Shown: positions 36,001 to 47,864, counted from the stretch's first letter. The stretch is 64,000 nucleotides of DNA from Eukaryota sp. TZLM1-RC (GCA_040285825.1 JAUPSS010000003.1:2914001-2978000); one strand, 5' to 3'. Program-made: numbers and translations. Notes: generated from the sequence alone by a model not told the origin.

Positions 36001-36264
36001 CAACTACTCGAAAATTTCAATGAATTAGCTGAGTCCAAGTGTCTTTCAAACAACGAGTTAACCTTGGCTTCAGAGTTTGGTGACGTGTTTGCTCATATGC
36101 AGAATTCTTTGGTTGAAACACTGTCAAGACCTTCAGCATCAGCTGTCCTAGAGTCTTCTGGATGTCCGCTGCCTGTGAATATGGCTAGCAATTCAATGTC
36201 TAAAACATTGGAAAAGTATAGCGATTTGCTTGTCAATGCTGTTCTGAAAAAGTTGGAGAAGTAG
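33037..36264 (+). CDS. WD40-repeat protein, WDR62/MAPKBP1-like
   Basis: 'IAIGEAG', 'FVTAGLRHIKFW', 'IEKWVD', 'CYGH' and 'SVGLDGVLFVW'; acidic linker and C-terminal 'LEKYSDLLV'. Confidence 0.85.
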   Translation: MAPPSASAAYAYGSTITRSNGMSYNPNTSTLATVVAAAIQVFPASSSSYLITPANCATISCISIHPTGDFIAIGEAGGLSRVLVTPISPSSPEDYRVICTHQGEVATVAWNSSGTRLLSIDSSPDGNFSIHSHPSSTILASGSTEAAIYDVAWLSDSTFVTAGLRHIKFWKLSEEGTLEGRLGMLGANRSSAFTCIRYTSSGQKDTCFAVSSRGHLCQFGINSRIIEKWVDTKIISPSSLSILGKLIAVGGQNGVIRLFNSSSLGFVSTLPLIRPIIDSDSFKSEVPSVFMKSQVSNDVPDVLALRIGQAKSNEEGQFEIHVVNSARAQYSWNFDLSTKQSRLISCEVLNGQGIVPKISSLSLDGDLGYCFLSNNMTVSNISPLIPSDPDSVNSPSPYSKSIKSLIKLESSTSQHVYPTSFAMEQSIGLIGFSNGRLSSVDLNNGDVIKSFTLHQGVVNCVEIVDFQSNLIGFSAGIDRKVSVFSVATGDLISSFSLHSSSITSLATSPIKNNESISYLYLITGGNEGLVVFNKLELSINQSNVDCQSLSVSKVNPTTSSVLSIAYGPPSTTAFTCSDDGFLAIGTQDKRIVLYDVQSARTIRTFRPAALSTAPEPSKLLIDPTGNLLASAGGDRVVRLVDLKTGAVLSRCYGHASNVTCLVFDPKLKYFVSVGLDGVLFVWKLKMEVKSPRQQSEQSRPAVPINLSRRKLPVWARARVDGEESESSPIITDLDDKKANKWKLDLEQFGPVALPDVASSTPFQQIPIAQNEGQKVTDDVNDDVNDDVTDENVEESPKESGEEAPSTPAASFDEELMKTKERLLRMGIQFAPKDEKVNSSQENTDKEGQKEEEDQKQEEGQKEGEEISDTCQDDTDSVDKEDVDQSIDELRLSTLHDHDVGIIEESIDLDQSIDQVTGDVSVASLKRETSTPNLDVKELFTTPIPSDDEDQSSPVEDSPKTKPNSPFQSDTIPLETYRKSLQSFKNTFDQLLENFNELAESKCLSNNELTLASEFGDVFAHMQNSLVETLSRPSASAVLESSGCPLPVNMASNSMSKTLEKYSDLLVNAVLKKLEK

Positions 36265-36529
36265 TGTTAGTCTTGTATTTTCTGGTTTAGTTTGTAATTA
36301 TTCTCTTCATTGTACATTAAGGATAAATCTCTGTTTATGAATTTGCTATTTGTTAGTGCTTTTGAGTTCCATTTCAGAGATGTCTTTTCTCGTTCTTCTT
36401 ACCTCACGGATCTTTTCACTAATCCATTTTTGTTGTTTCATTATATTAGTGGTTTGGTAGTTACATTGAACACACTTTTGTACAGTCTTGATGAATTTTC
36501 TTATTACCCTGGAGATTCCCATGTATTAT

Positions 36530-37018
36530 TTGCTATATTTGAATATGGAAAACGACGTGCTGATGTTGTTGTGCCCTCGTTTGATGATGTCATGAATGTT
36601 TGTTGATGTCGTAACAGTGGATGTTTGCAAGAAAAATGCCTTGAAAAATGCTCAATCCGAAGTATCCCCCCTTGATGACTCCGAATTGTACAAACGGAAA
36701 AAGTATGCAAATCCTTTAAAAGAATTGAAATATGTTCGCCATGTAGATTACCAAATTTGCCCATTTGCTATATCATTATATGGTCGTCTTGGAAAAACTG
36801 CTATGAATTTTATTGATGATTTTGAAAATCTTGTGAAAAGAAGAATGAATAAGCGTTTTGATCGTCGCTTGTGGCTAAATCGTATTGTTTTTACTATTTT
36901 CAAATCAATTCCTAAAAAAATTTGGAAAGCTTTGATGTCTGTCAGTGCACATTACGAAGAAATTGCTGCTGTAAGGTTTGATGGTGTGGAAGCTTGTTTT
37001 GAAGATATTGACTTTTAG
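36530..37018 (+). mobile_element. RLE endonuclease 3' fragment
   Basis: 'RRADVVVP', 'VDVVTVD', 'KRKKY', 'PFAISLYGRLG' and 'WLNRIVF'. Confidence 0.8.
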
Positions 37019-37215
37019 ACTGTAGTTTAATAATAGATTAAAATTATTATTTGCTATTCCAAAATTATAAGAATGAAAAGAATACAGCAGGCTCTCAGTT
37101 CATAATTCCAAAATGAATTCAACCAGGAATTGACAGTGTGACACATCATCAATTGAGTCGGGAAGGGGAAACTTCTGATTCCAATAACCTAATTCGACTC
37201 ATACTTCACCTGAGC

Positions 37216-38737
37216 ATGACATACGATTACGATCTCATAGTAATAGGTGGTGGTAGTGGTGGCCTTGCTGCTGCTAGAGCTGCTGCTGGTTTCAAGAAAA
37301 AAGTCCTTTTGCTTGACTACGTTCACCCTTCACCAAAATCAACAACTTGGGGTATCGGTGGCACATGTGTTAATGTTGGCTGCATTCCCAAACGTCTGAT
37401 GCACGATGCTGCTGGAATTGCTGAAACCATCCGTGACTCAAATGCACATGGTTTTGAAAACACTTCAGATCCTACCGTCAACTGGACTACTCTCGTTAAT
37501 AACATTGATTCCTACATTCGCAGACTCAATCGAGCATACATCACCGAATTAAAGGTACAGTACTTTGCACAAGACTAACAACCAGTGGAATGACTACGTC
37601 GATTACCTTAATGCCGAAGGTTCTTTCCAGGGGCCCCATGAAGTACTAGTCAAGTATGCCGATCCAACCAAAGAAGCCGAAGTCTTTTCAGGAGAGCACA
37701 TTGTCATTGCTGTAGGTTCTCGTCCCTTCTATCCAGATATTCCTGGTGCTGAACTTGCCATAACCTCTGATGATATTTTTTGGTCAAAAACACCTCCCGG
37801 AAAAACATGTGTTATTGGAGCTAGTTACATTGCCCTAGAAAGTGCTGGTTTTCTCACTGGTCTTGGATTCGATGTCTCTGTTATGGTAAGAAGCATAATT
37901 CTTCGTGGCTTTGATCAACAGATTGCCGGAATGATTGGAGCTTATATGGAAAACCACGGTGTTAAATTCCTTAAGGGTATGTCACCTACAAAGCTGGAAG
38001 AAGTAGAAGATGGCAAGATCCGCGTTCACTATCAATCTGGTGAAGAGTCTCACTCTGAGATCTTTGATACTGTTATGTTTGCAACTGGAAGAACTCCGAA
38101 CACATGGAGACTCAACCTTCAGTCTGCCGGTGTACGTTTCCATAAAGGAAGTGGTAAGATTATGGTCAACAAGGAAACGACCAATGTCAAACACATTCAT
38201 GCTGTGGGAGATGTAGTTAAGGGAGGGCTTGAGTTGACCCCTGTGGCCATCCAAGCAGCCAAACTTTTGATCAATAGACTCTATGGTAATGAGACCAGGG
38301 GTTTTAATTACCGTATTGTGCCTACAACAGTGTTTACCCCTCTTGAATATGGTTCTTGTGGTATTTCTGAAGATGATGCTGTTGCTCAATATGGAGAGGA
38401 AGCCCTCAATATTTATCATCAAAACTTCCAGCCGTTAGAATGGTCTCTTCCTGGAAAGAGTTCCTCTGCTTGCTATGTATGTCTTTATTCATTCTCACCA
38501 TAGGCCAAACTCATATGTCTAAAGGAAGAAAACGACCGTGTAATTGGTTTCCATTATCTTGGTCCATCAGCTGCTGAGGTCACTCAAGGATACGCTGTTG
38601 CTATGAGAATGGGTGCAACGAAGCTTGACTTTGATTGGACTCCTGGTATTCATCCTTCTAATTCAGAGACATTTGTTGGCTTGTCCATTACCAAAAGTAG
38701 TGGGGAATCTGCCAAGAAGGGAAATTGCTGAGGTTAG
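37216..38737 (+). CDS. TXNRD: High-Mr thioredoxin reductase, selenoprotein (C-terminal GNC-U-G); introns 37555..37585 and 38477..38503
   Basis: GGGSGG, CVNVGC and GIHP..SE motifs. The spliced frame ends GGA AAT TGC TGA GGT TAG (TGA at 38729-38731), with a SECIS downstream. Confidence 0.95.
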
Positions 38738-38776
38738 TGCCTCTCTTTTTTGAGAGGCTTTAGTTTGTGTGGCACA

Positions 38777-38847
38777 AAACCAGGTCTAAGTGATGATTGC
38801 TTTCTCAATACTCTTGAAGTAGGAAAGTGATTTGATGAACTTGGTTT
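38777..38847 (+). promoter_or_regulatory. SECIS element, type II (GUGA core)
   Basis: Helix I AAACCAGG/CTTGGTTT, GTGA 38790-38793, 11-bp helix II GATTGCTTTCT/GGAAAGTGATT, AA 38807-38808, mini-stem TACT/AGTA, TGAT 38833-38836. Confidence 0.9.
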
Positions 38848-41326
38848 GGCTTCGCTTTTTTTATTGATAAAAGAATTGTTATTGTTTGTTCAATCAACTA
38901 TAACACAAAATTTCAACAATTACAGTCATCTGCGACCAGTCTTGTAGTCAATTGAGTAGACAGTATTTCAAGAATTCCTTAACTTTTTAATTTTAATTTC
39001 CAATTGTTTATTATTTGGTAGAAAGCCTGTTCAACTTGTTATTGGTGATCTTTATAATCCTTGAATTCTTCTCTTGATTTGTGCAGAATTTATAACGAAT
39101 TAAGAACAATGTTTTTGGCTAATTTACTTGACATTGTTTTTTTCTTAGAAAGCATATTTTTTGTAGCACCGAATAAGTTGGTCTTGATTTTCAGAATTTT
39201 TTTTATTTATTTATCGAATTCTCCAGTTTCCACAATAGTTGATGGTATTGAAATTCAAGCCAAATTATATTCAATTGATGCTATTCGTCATTTGGGTTCG
39301 TTTTTAGGAAATAATGATGAAATTACCAAAAAATTGTTTGAAAAGTTGAACTCAATTTCGGACAAAATTGACCGAATGATGAATTTAGATATAAAAAAAC
39401 ACATCAAATTTACCATTATAAGACTGTGTTTTAGTTCCAATTTTAATCATATATTTCGATCTACAAATCCTCTCGTCACTAGACCTTTGGCTCAGAAGTT
39501 TAATGAATCACGTGAAAAAGTTCTGTCACAATTACTGTGATGTAAAATGTTCCAAATTCCAGACCATGCTTACCTTAGTCCACATTATGGTGGTTTAGGG
39601 TGGACGAAGGCTTCTATTCTTACCTCGTGTGCTTTTGTTGGTGGATGCAGAAATGCAATCTTTGAGTTTTCCGAAAGATTTACAGATTGGGAAGATTTAT
39701 TGATGGCAACGCAAACTTCCACTGTTTTTGCATTAAATGAAGAAATTTCAAAAATTGATGCAGAAAAATGGGGTCGATGCTTTCCCCAATAATTCAATGG
39801 CAATATTCCAGAAAAGAATGTTTTAAATTTAAAATACACTCTTCGAACATTACAGAGACGATTGACTGGAATGTATGAAAATGATCTTTATAATAATATA
39901 TGCAGCTCGTCTGTTTTAAATCAAGATCTTCACTCATTGTTATTGGAAAAGGGTGTTTGTGAAAACAAGTCGTCAGATTCTTCACTTTTTGTAACCATTG
40001 TACCACGAAGATTTGGATTGTGTGCCACTAATGAAGCATTTGTAACAAACATGAAATTATATTTGAATATTCTCATTAATCAATTATTATCAAAAGAAAA
40101 ATGTATTTGTTCGAATTCACCTCAACTCACTTTGCGCCATGCTCTGAATTGTTCTAAATTGATAACTTATCGTACTTCATTACATGATGCTGTTAGAGAC
40201 ACTGTTTTCAATATGGCACAAACTGCAAGAATATCGTGTATCAAAGAGCCTCTGCTGATGGAAACACTTTCTCTGAATAATTTTGGTTCTGATGATAGAG
40301 ATGATGTATATTGTGATTGGATTGAGAACTCTGAAGCTATTGTTGACTTTGTCTCATGTAATGTTGCAAATGATACTTTGGTTCACAGAAGAAAACTTAA
40401 TCCTGTGAGTGCTCTTGATTTCAAAGCAAAAGAGAAACATAGAAAATATGATAAAGCTATTGAAGAGGCTAATGCTGATAGAAATACACAGTTAGTTTTT
40501 ATTGCTTTCCCATTTACGATAAACAGAAGACTATCAGTTGAAGCAGAAACTTTTTTGAATGACTTCCAAAAAAATGGTGCAAGAAAAAACAATGAAAAGA
40601 TTTGATATTGTTTTATGGCGTTCTCGGATACAATTTGCCATTATTAATAGATTACCTCGGTTCTTCAATCGAATAAGAGAAGCTTTAGCTAGACAGCAAG
40701 CAGATCAAGATTTTGTAGAGGAAATCCTGGTTCAATGATATTCGTCCCATCAGTTATGAATTAATTTATTTAAATGTGCATGTTCAATAAATATATTTAT
40801 TTAAACGTTTTTTATTATTAAATGAGCTAAATACTACGACAATTCAAAAATGCTTTATCCAACTACTCAATGCTGCTTTACACAAAATCGAGGATTTAGT
40901 GAAACCAATTCCACCCAAATCAGCAGAACAAAATAAATGACTTCAAATGAAAGATTCATTTACTTCTAATAAAGAAGAACAAAATTCGACCCGAAGTTTG
41001 TTGAAAGATTTGCAAAAAGCAAGAGATACCGAGGGGTTTGAGTGATTGAGTGATGCTTGAAGAAAGTAACATTTCAAATGAAAACGGACTTTCTGGTATT
41101 ACTATCGATCATGTAAAAGCCGCAATTATTTCTTCAGAGGATTGTCTTGGTTCATTAACCAAATTTTTCAACAAAATATTGACTGGTCAACTCAGATATC
41201 CAGAAGAATTAAGAAGTTCTCGTTTGACTGCACTTGTCAAAAATTCAAAAATGGATGTTCGACCTATTGCAGTCTCTGAGAGCTTACAAAATATTTTTCT
41301 GCGTCTTGCTTGAGCAGGTTCAATAA

Positions 41327-41467
41327 TGTTGTTGTTGAACTCATATTGAATTAGTAGGTTTCTTTGTATTTCGACTGATGACGTGATACTCATTTATGAA
41401 TCAGTTTTATTAATAAACTTAGATTTCTCTCTCTCCCCTTCGTGTGTTCATCTGCCTAACGGCATCA
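41327..41467 (+). mobile_element. Solo LTR (141 bp, TG...CA) with ATAA target-site duplication
   Basis: Matches 44084..44224 and 44775..44915. ATAA flanks both sides, and it interrupts the RT just before 'KKAKRILLPFQYG'. Confidence 0.88.
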
Positions 41468-44083
41468 ATAAGAAAGCAAAAAGGATTTTATTACCCTTTC
41501 AATATGGAATTAATACCACTGATGGAGTCTCTTCAGTGATATTTGCTACTGATCTATTATTTCGCCAAAATGAATCCAATGTTTGTATGTCATTGGATTT
41601 TAGTAATGGATTCAATTCACTCAGTCGTCGCAGTATCCATGGTGCTTTATTGCAATATATGCCTGAATTAATGCCGTATTTTCAATCAACATATAGCACA
41701 TATTCTAATTTACATTTTGGTAATTCCATTTTGAGTTCATCAAGTGGTGTAAAGCAAGGAGATCCGTTAGGACCTCTTTTGTTTTGTTTGGCCATTCATC
41801 CTATTTTAATGCAAATTCAAGAGATGTTTCCTTCGCTAAAAATGACTGCATATATGGATGATGTTGTGCTTATTGGTGATTTAAGTATTGTGAAACACAA
41901 AACTGTATGTTTTAAAGAATTATTTACCAAAATTTGTCTCCGACTTAATTTACTTAAATGTGTTTTGTTATCAAATTCTCCAGTTTTCACAATAGTTGAT
42001 GGTATTGAAATTCAAGCCAAATTATATTCAATTGATGCTATTCGTCATTTGGGTTCGTTTTTAGGAAATAATGATGAAATTACCAAAAATTGTTTGAAAA
42101 GTTGAACTCAATTTCCGACAAAATTGACCGAATGATGAATTTAGATATAAAAAAACACATCAAATTTACCATTATAAGACTGTGTTTTAGTTCCAATTTT
42201 AATCATATATTTCGATCTACAAATCCTCTCGTCACTAGACCTTTGGCTCAGAAGTTTAATGAATCACGTGAAAAAGTTCTGTCACAATTACTGTGATGTA
42301 AAATGTTCCAAATTCCAGACCATGCTTACCTTAGTCCACATTATGGTGGTTTAGGGTGGACGAAGGCTTCTATTCTTACCTCGTGTGCTTTTTGATGGTG
42401 GATGCAGAAATGCAATCTTTGAGTTTTCCGAAAGATTTACAGATTGGGAAGATTTATTGATGGCAACGCAAAGTTCCACTGTTTTTGCATTAAATGGAGA
42501 AATTTCAAAAATTGATGCAGAAAAATGGGGTCGATGCTTTCCCCAATCATTCAATGGCAATATTCCAGAAAAGAATGTTTTAAATTTGAAGTACACCCTT
42601 CGAACATTACAGAAACGACTGACTGGAATGTATGAAAATGATCTTTATAATAATATATGAAGCTCGGCTGTTTTAAATCAAGATCTTCACTCATTGTTAT
42701 TGGAAAAGGGTGTTTGTGAAAGTAAGTCGTCAGATTCTTCACTTTTTGTAACCATTGTACCACGAAGATTTGGATTGTGTGCCACTAATGAAGCATTTGT
42801 AACAAACATGAAATTATATTTGAATATTCTCATTAATCAATTATTATCAAAAGAAAAATGTATTTGTTCGAATTCACCTCAACTCACTTTGCACCATGCT
42901 CTGAATTGCTCTAAATTGATAACTTATCGTTCTTCATTACATGATGCTGTTAGATACACTGTTTTCAATATGGCACAAACTGCAAGAATATCGTGTATCA
43001 AAGAGCCTCTGCTGAAGGAAACACTGTCATTGAATAATTTTGGTTCTGATGATAGAGATGATGTATACTGTGATTGGATTGAGAACTCTGAAGCTATTGT
43101 TGACTTTGTCTCATGTAATGTTGCAAATGATACTTTGGTTCACAGAAGAAAACTTAATCCTGTGAGTGCTCTTGATTTCAAAGCAAAAGAGAAACATAGA
43201 AAATATGATAAAGCTATTGAAGAGGCTAATGCTGATAGAAATACACAGTTAGTTTTTATTGCTTTCCCATTTACGATAAACAGAAGACTATCAGTTGAAG
43301 CAGAAACTTTTTTGAATGACTTCCAAAAAAATGGTGCAAGAAAAAACAATGAAAAGATTTGATATTGTTTTATGGCGTTCTCGGATTCAATTTGCCATTA
43401 TTAATAGATTACCTCGGTTCTTCAATCGAATAAGAGAAGCTTTAGCTAGACAGCAAGCAGATCAAGATTTTGTAGAGGAAATCCTGGTTCAATGATATTC
43501 GTCCCATCAGTTATGAATTAATTTATTTAAATGTGCATGTTCAATAAATATATTTATTTAAACGTTTTTTATTATTAAATGAGCTAAATACTACGACAAT
43601 TCAAAAATGCTTTATCCAACTACTCAATGCTGCTTTACACAAAATCGAGGATTTAGTGAAACCAATTCCACCCAAATCAGCAGAACAAAATAAATGACTT
43701 CAAATGAAAGATTCATTTACTTCTAATAAAGAAGAACAAAATTCGACCCGAAGTTTGTTGAAAGATTTGCAAAAAGCAAGAGATACCGAGGGGTTTGAGT
43801 GATTGAGTGATGCTTGAAGAAAGTAACATTTCAAATGAAAACGGACTTTCTGGTATTACTATCGATCATGTAAAAGCCGCAATTATTTCTTCAGAGGATT
43901 GTCTTGGTTCATTAACCAAATTTTTCAACAAAATATTGACTGGTCAACTCAGATATCCAGAAGAATTAAGAAGTTCTCGTTTGACTGCACTTGTCAAAAA
44001 TTCAAAAATGGATGTTCGACCTATTGCAGTCTCTGAGAGCTTACAAAATATTTTTCTGCGTCTTGCTTGAGCAGGTTCAATAA

Positions 44084-44915
44084 TGTTGTTGTTGAACTCA
44101 TATTGAATTAGTAGGTTTCTTTGTATTTCGACTGATGACGTGATACTCATTTATGAATCAGTTTTATTAATAAACTTAGATTTCTCTCTCTCCCCTTCGT
44201 GTGTTCATCTGCCTAACGGCATCAATAATTATTGGCCCTTCTTATTTCAGATGACTGTTCCCTCTGTTAACCTGACGTCTCTTTCTTCCATGAAAGTTAA
44301 AAGTGTTCTTCTGTTCCTATAGGAGTGAAAGATTTATTCTTCGGTGACTCCTAAGAAAGAGCTTGTTCCAGCAAGACTCTTGGTCGATTCTTTTCTGTTA
44401 GAGTCCCTATCTCTCCAGAAATCCGACGTCTCATCCAGTGACGATGTTCTTCTCAGACATCTACAATCTGTCGTATCGTTCGTCACGTACGAAGATTTTA
44501 GTCTGGCTATGTCAGAACTGAAGCTTGATGTCCGTATTGGTGACGTCCGAGAACGCATGTCCTGTTACCTGCGACGTTTCCTCCAGGTAAAGAGTAGGGC
44601 TTCCGGACTGAAGTTGCCAGACATAGCTTTTCTGAACCGATTTGCCAGAGGAATTCTTCCCGTAGGTCTCCAACGTTCTCATACCAACGATGCACCGGAG
44701 AATTAAACAAACCCCATATCTTCCCTCTATTGAGCCAGTACTGTATTTGTCCTCAGAAAAGTGGGAAAAAGTAGTGTTGTTGTTGAACTCATATTGAATT
44801 AGTAGGTTTCTTTGTATTTCGACTGATGACGTGATACTCATTTATGAATCAGTTTTATTAATAAACTTAGATTTCTCTCTCTCCCCTTCGTGTGTTCATC
44901 TGCCTAACGGCATCA
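44084..44915 (+). mobile_element. Miniature non-autonomous LTR element (LTR - gag-like remnant - PPT - LTR)
   Basis: Two 141-bp LTRs. The internal frame 44251..44706 has two early stops. The purine tract AGAAAAGTGGGAAAAAGTAG precedes the 3' LTR; ATAA TSD. Confidence 0.85.
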
Positions 44916-47003
44916 ATAAGAAAGCAAAAAGGATTTTATTACCCTTTCAATATGGAATTAATACCACTGATGGAGTCTCTTCAGTGATATTTGCTACTGA
45001 TCTATTATTTCGCCAAAATGAATCCAATGTTTGTATGTCATTGGATTTTAGTAATGGATTCAATTCACTCAGTCGTCGCAGTATCCATGGTGCTTTATTG
45101 CAATATATGCCTGAATTAATGCCGTATTTTCAATCAACATATAGCACATATTCTAATTTACATTTTGGTAATTCCATTTTGAGTTCATCAAGTGGTGTAA
45201 AGCAAGGAGATCCGTTAGGACCTCTTTTGTTTTGTTTGGCCATTCATCCTATTTTAATGCAAATTCAAGAGATGTTTCCTTCGCTAAAAATGATTGCATA
45301 TATGGATGATGTTGTGCTTATTGGTGATTTAAGTATTGTGAAACACAAAACTGTATGTTTTAAAGAATTATTTACCAAAATTTGTCTCCGACTTAATTTA
45401 CTTAAATGTGTTTTGTTATCAAATTCTCCAGTTTTCACAATAGTTGATGGTATTGAAATTCAAGCCAAATTATATTCAATTGATGCTATTCGTCATTTGG
45501 GTTCGTTTTTAGGAAATAATGATGAAATTACCAAAAAATTGTTTGAAAAGTTGAACTCAATTTCCGACAAAATTGACCGAATGATGAATTTAGATATAAA
45601 AAAACACATCAAATTTACCATTATAAGACTGTGTTTTAGTTCCAATTTTAATCATATATTTCGATCTACAAATCCTCTCGTCACTAGACCTTTGGCTCAG
45701 AAGTTTAATGAATCACGTGAAAAAGTTCTGTCACAATTACTGTGATGTAAAATGTTCCAAATTCCAGACCATGCTTACCTTAGTCCACATTATGGTGGTT
45801 TAGGGTGGACGAAGGCTTCTATTCTTACCTCGTGTGCTTTTGATGGTGGATGCAGAAATGCAATCTTTGAGTTTTCCGAAAGATTTACAGATTGGGAAGA
45901 TTTATTGATGGCAACGCAAAGTTCCACTGTTTTTGCATTAAATGGAGAAATTTCAAAAATTGATGCAGAAAAATGGGGTCGATGCTTTCCCCAATCATTC
46001 AATGGCAATATTCCAGAAAAGAATGTTTTAAATTTGAAGTACACCCTTCGAACATTACAGAAACGACTGACTGGAATGTATGAAAATGATCTTTATAATA
46101 ATATATGAAGCTCGGCTGTTTTAAATCAAGATCTTCACTCATTGTTATTGGAAAAGGGTGTTTGTGAAAGTAAGTCATCAGACTCTTCACTTTTTGTAAC
46201 CATTGTACCACGAAGATTTGGATTGTGTGCCACTAATGAAGCATTTGTAACAAAAATGAGATTATATTTGAATATCCCCATTAATCAATTATTATCAAAA
46301 GAAAAATGTATTTGTTCGAATTCACCTCAACTCACTTTGCACCATGCTCTGAATTGCTCTAAATTGATAACTTATCGTTCTTCATTACATGATGCTGTTA
46401 GATACACTGTTTTCAGTATCTCACAAACTGCAAGAATATCGTGTATCAAAGAGCCTCTGCTGAAGGAAACACTTTCTCTGAATAATTTTGGTTCTGATGA
46501 TAGAGGTGATGTATACTGTGATTGGATTGATAACTCTGAAGCTATTGTTGACTTTGTGTCATGTAATGTTGCAAATGATACTTTGGTTCACAGAAGAAAA
46601 CTTAATCCTGTGACTGCTCTTGATTTTAAAGCAAAAGAGAGACATAGAAAAATTGAAGAGGCTAATGCCGATAGAAATACACAGCTGGTTTTTATTGCTT
46701 TCACATTTTCGATAAATGGAAGATTATCAGGTGAAGCAGAAACTTTTTTGAATGACTTCCAAAAAATGGTGCAAGAAAAAACAATGAAAAGATTTGATAT
46801 TTTTTATGGCGTTCACGGATTCAATTTGCCATTATTAATAGAGTACCTCGGTTTTTCAATCGAATAAGAGAAGCTTTAGCTAGACAGCAAGCAGATCAAG
46901 ATTTTGTAGAGGAAATCTTGGTTCAATCACAGTCGTCCCATTAGTTATGAGTTAATTTAATTAAGTGTGCAAATTCAATAAATATACCGTTGAGTATAAA
47001 AAA

Positions 47004-47864
47004 ATGAAAACCAGATTCTTAATTTCAGAAATGTTAGACATTCCACCCTTTGAAAAATCTTGGAGATGGCAATCGTTGTGTGGTGGCTGCATCAATGACG
47101 TCTATAGAGTACACACTCCTTGTGAAACTGTTGTTGTCAAGGTCAATGAGCAACATCAATATCCTGGAATGTTTGAAGCCGAGGCCAAAGGACTCAATCT
47201 ACTGTCATCATACCTGTCAGTTCCGAAGGTCATTCAGCATGGAGCAAGTGAAGGTAAATCGTATTTGGTCCTGCAAGATTTAGGTAGTGGTCGCTCAGAG
47301 CATGATGACACGGAATCATCGGTTTCTCTCGGCAGAGAGTTGGCCCATATGCATAAAACAGCTGTGGGTACCGTCTTTGGCCTTGATCACAATAACTACA
47401 TTGGTAGTCTTAAGCAAAATAATAGGGAACATGCGACATGGCCAACATTTTTTGAACAACAGCGTTTAAGGCCCCTTGTAGAACAGGCCATGTCTTTAGG
47501 AAGACTAACAAGTGAAGACGCTCGTCTGTTTGAACAGTTATATATCCGCCTACCTGACTTATTCCCAGAGGAACCACCCTGCTTGGTTCATGGAGACTTG
47601 TGGGGTGGGAATGTCCATGGTTGTTTCTTTATTGACCCTGCTGTGTACTATGGATGCCGTGAAATGGATATAGCAATGACACTACTCTTTGGAGGATTCA
47701 GCTCTTCTTTTTACAACGCATATGAATCTATACACCCTCTCACAAAAGGTTGGATGGAACGAGTTGATTTATGCAATATTTATCCAAACCTAGTACATCT
47801 AGTATTGTTTGGAACAGGTTACCGTTCCAGTATAAGAGCAGCTCTAAAGAAATATTGTCGATAA
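47004..47864 (+). CDS. Fructosamine kinase family protein
   Basis: 'GGCIN', 'MFEAEAKGL', 'FGLDHNNYIG', 'LVHGDLWGGN' and 'IDPAVYYG.REMDIAMT.LFGGF'. The start is the ATG at 47004 or 47031. Confidence 0.92.
   Translation: MKTRFLISEMLDIPPFEKSWRWQSLCGGCINDVYRVHTPCETVVVKVNEQHQYPGMFEAEAKGLNLLSSYLSVPKVIQHGASEGKSYLVLQDLGSGRSEHDDTESSVSLGRELAHMHKTAVGTVFGLDHNNYIGSLKQNNREHATWPTFFEQQRLRPLVEQAMSLGRLTSEDARLFEQLYIRLPDLFPEEPPCLVHGDLWGGNVHGCFFIDPAVYYGCREMDIAMTLLFGGFSSSFYNAYESIHPLTKGWMERVDLCNIYPNLVHLVLFGTGYRSSIRAALKKYCR

Larger units (their letters stand above)
39215..46983 (+). mobile_element. Head-to-tail array of three defective RLE (CRE/R2-like) non-LTR retrotransposon copies; first period 2757 bp
   Basis: RT motifs 'RPIAV', 'LDFSNGFNS', 'GVKQGDPLGPLLF', 'YMDD' and 'GGLG'; CCHC 'CIC..HALNC'; 'HDAVR'; RLE 'RGDVY..IVDF'; repeated 3' tails. 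Confidence 0.92.

Noticed and set aside
44831-44915. ORF N-terminus MILIYESVLL... on the RT ORFs (also 41383 and 44140)
   Set aside because: It is translated LTR sequence fused by insertion, not a real RT N-terminus.
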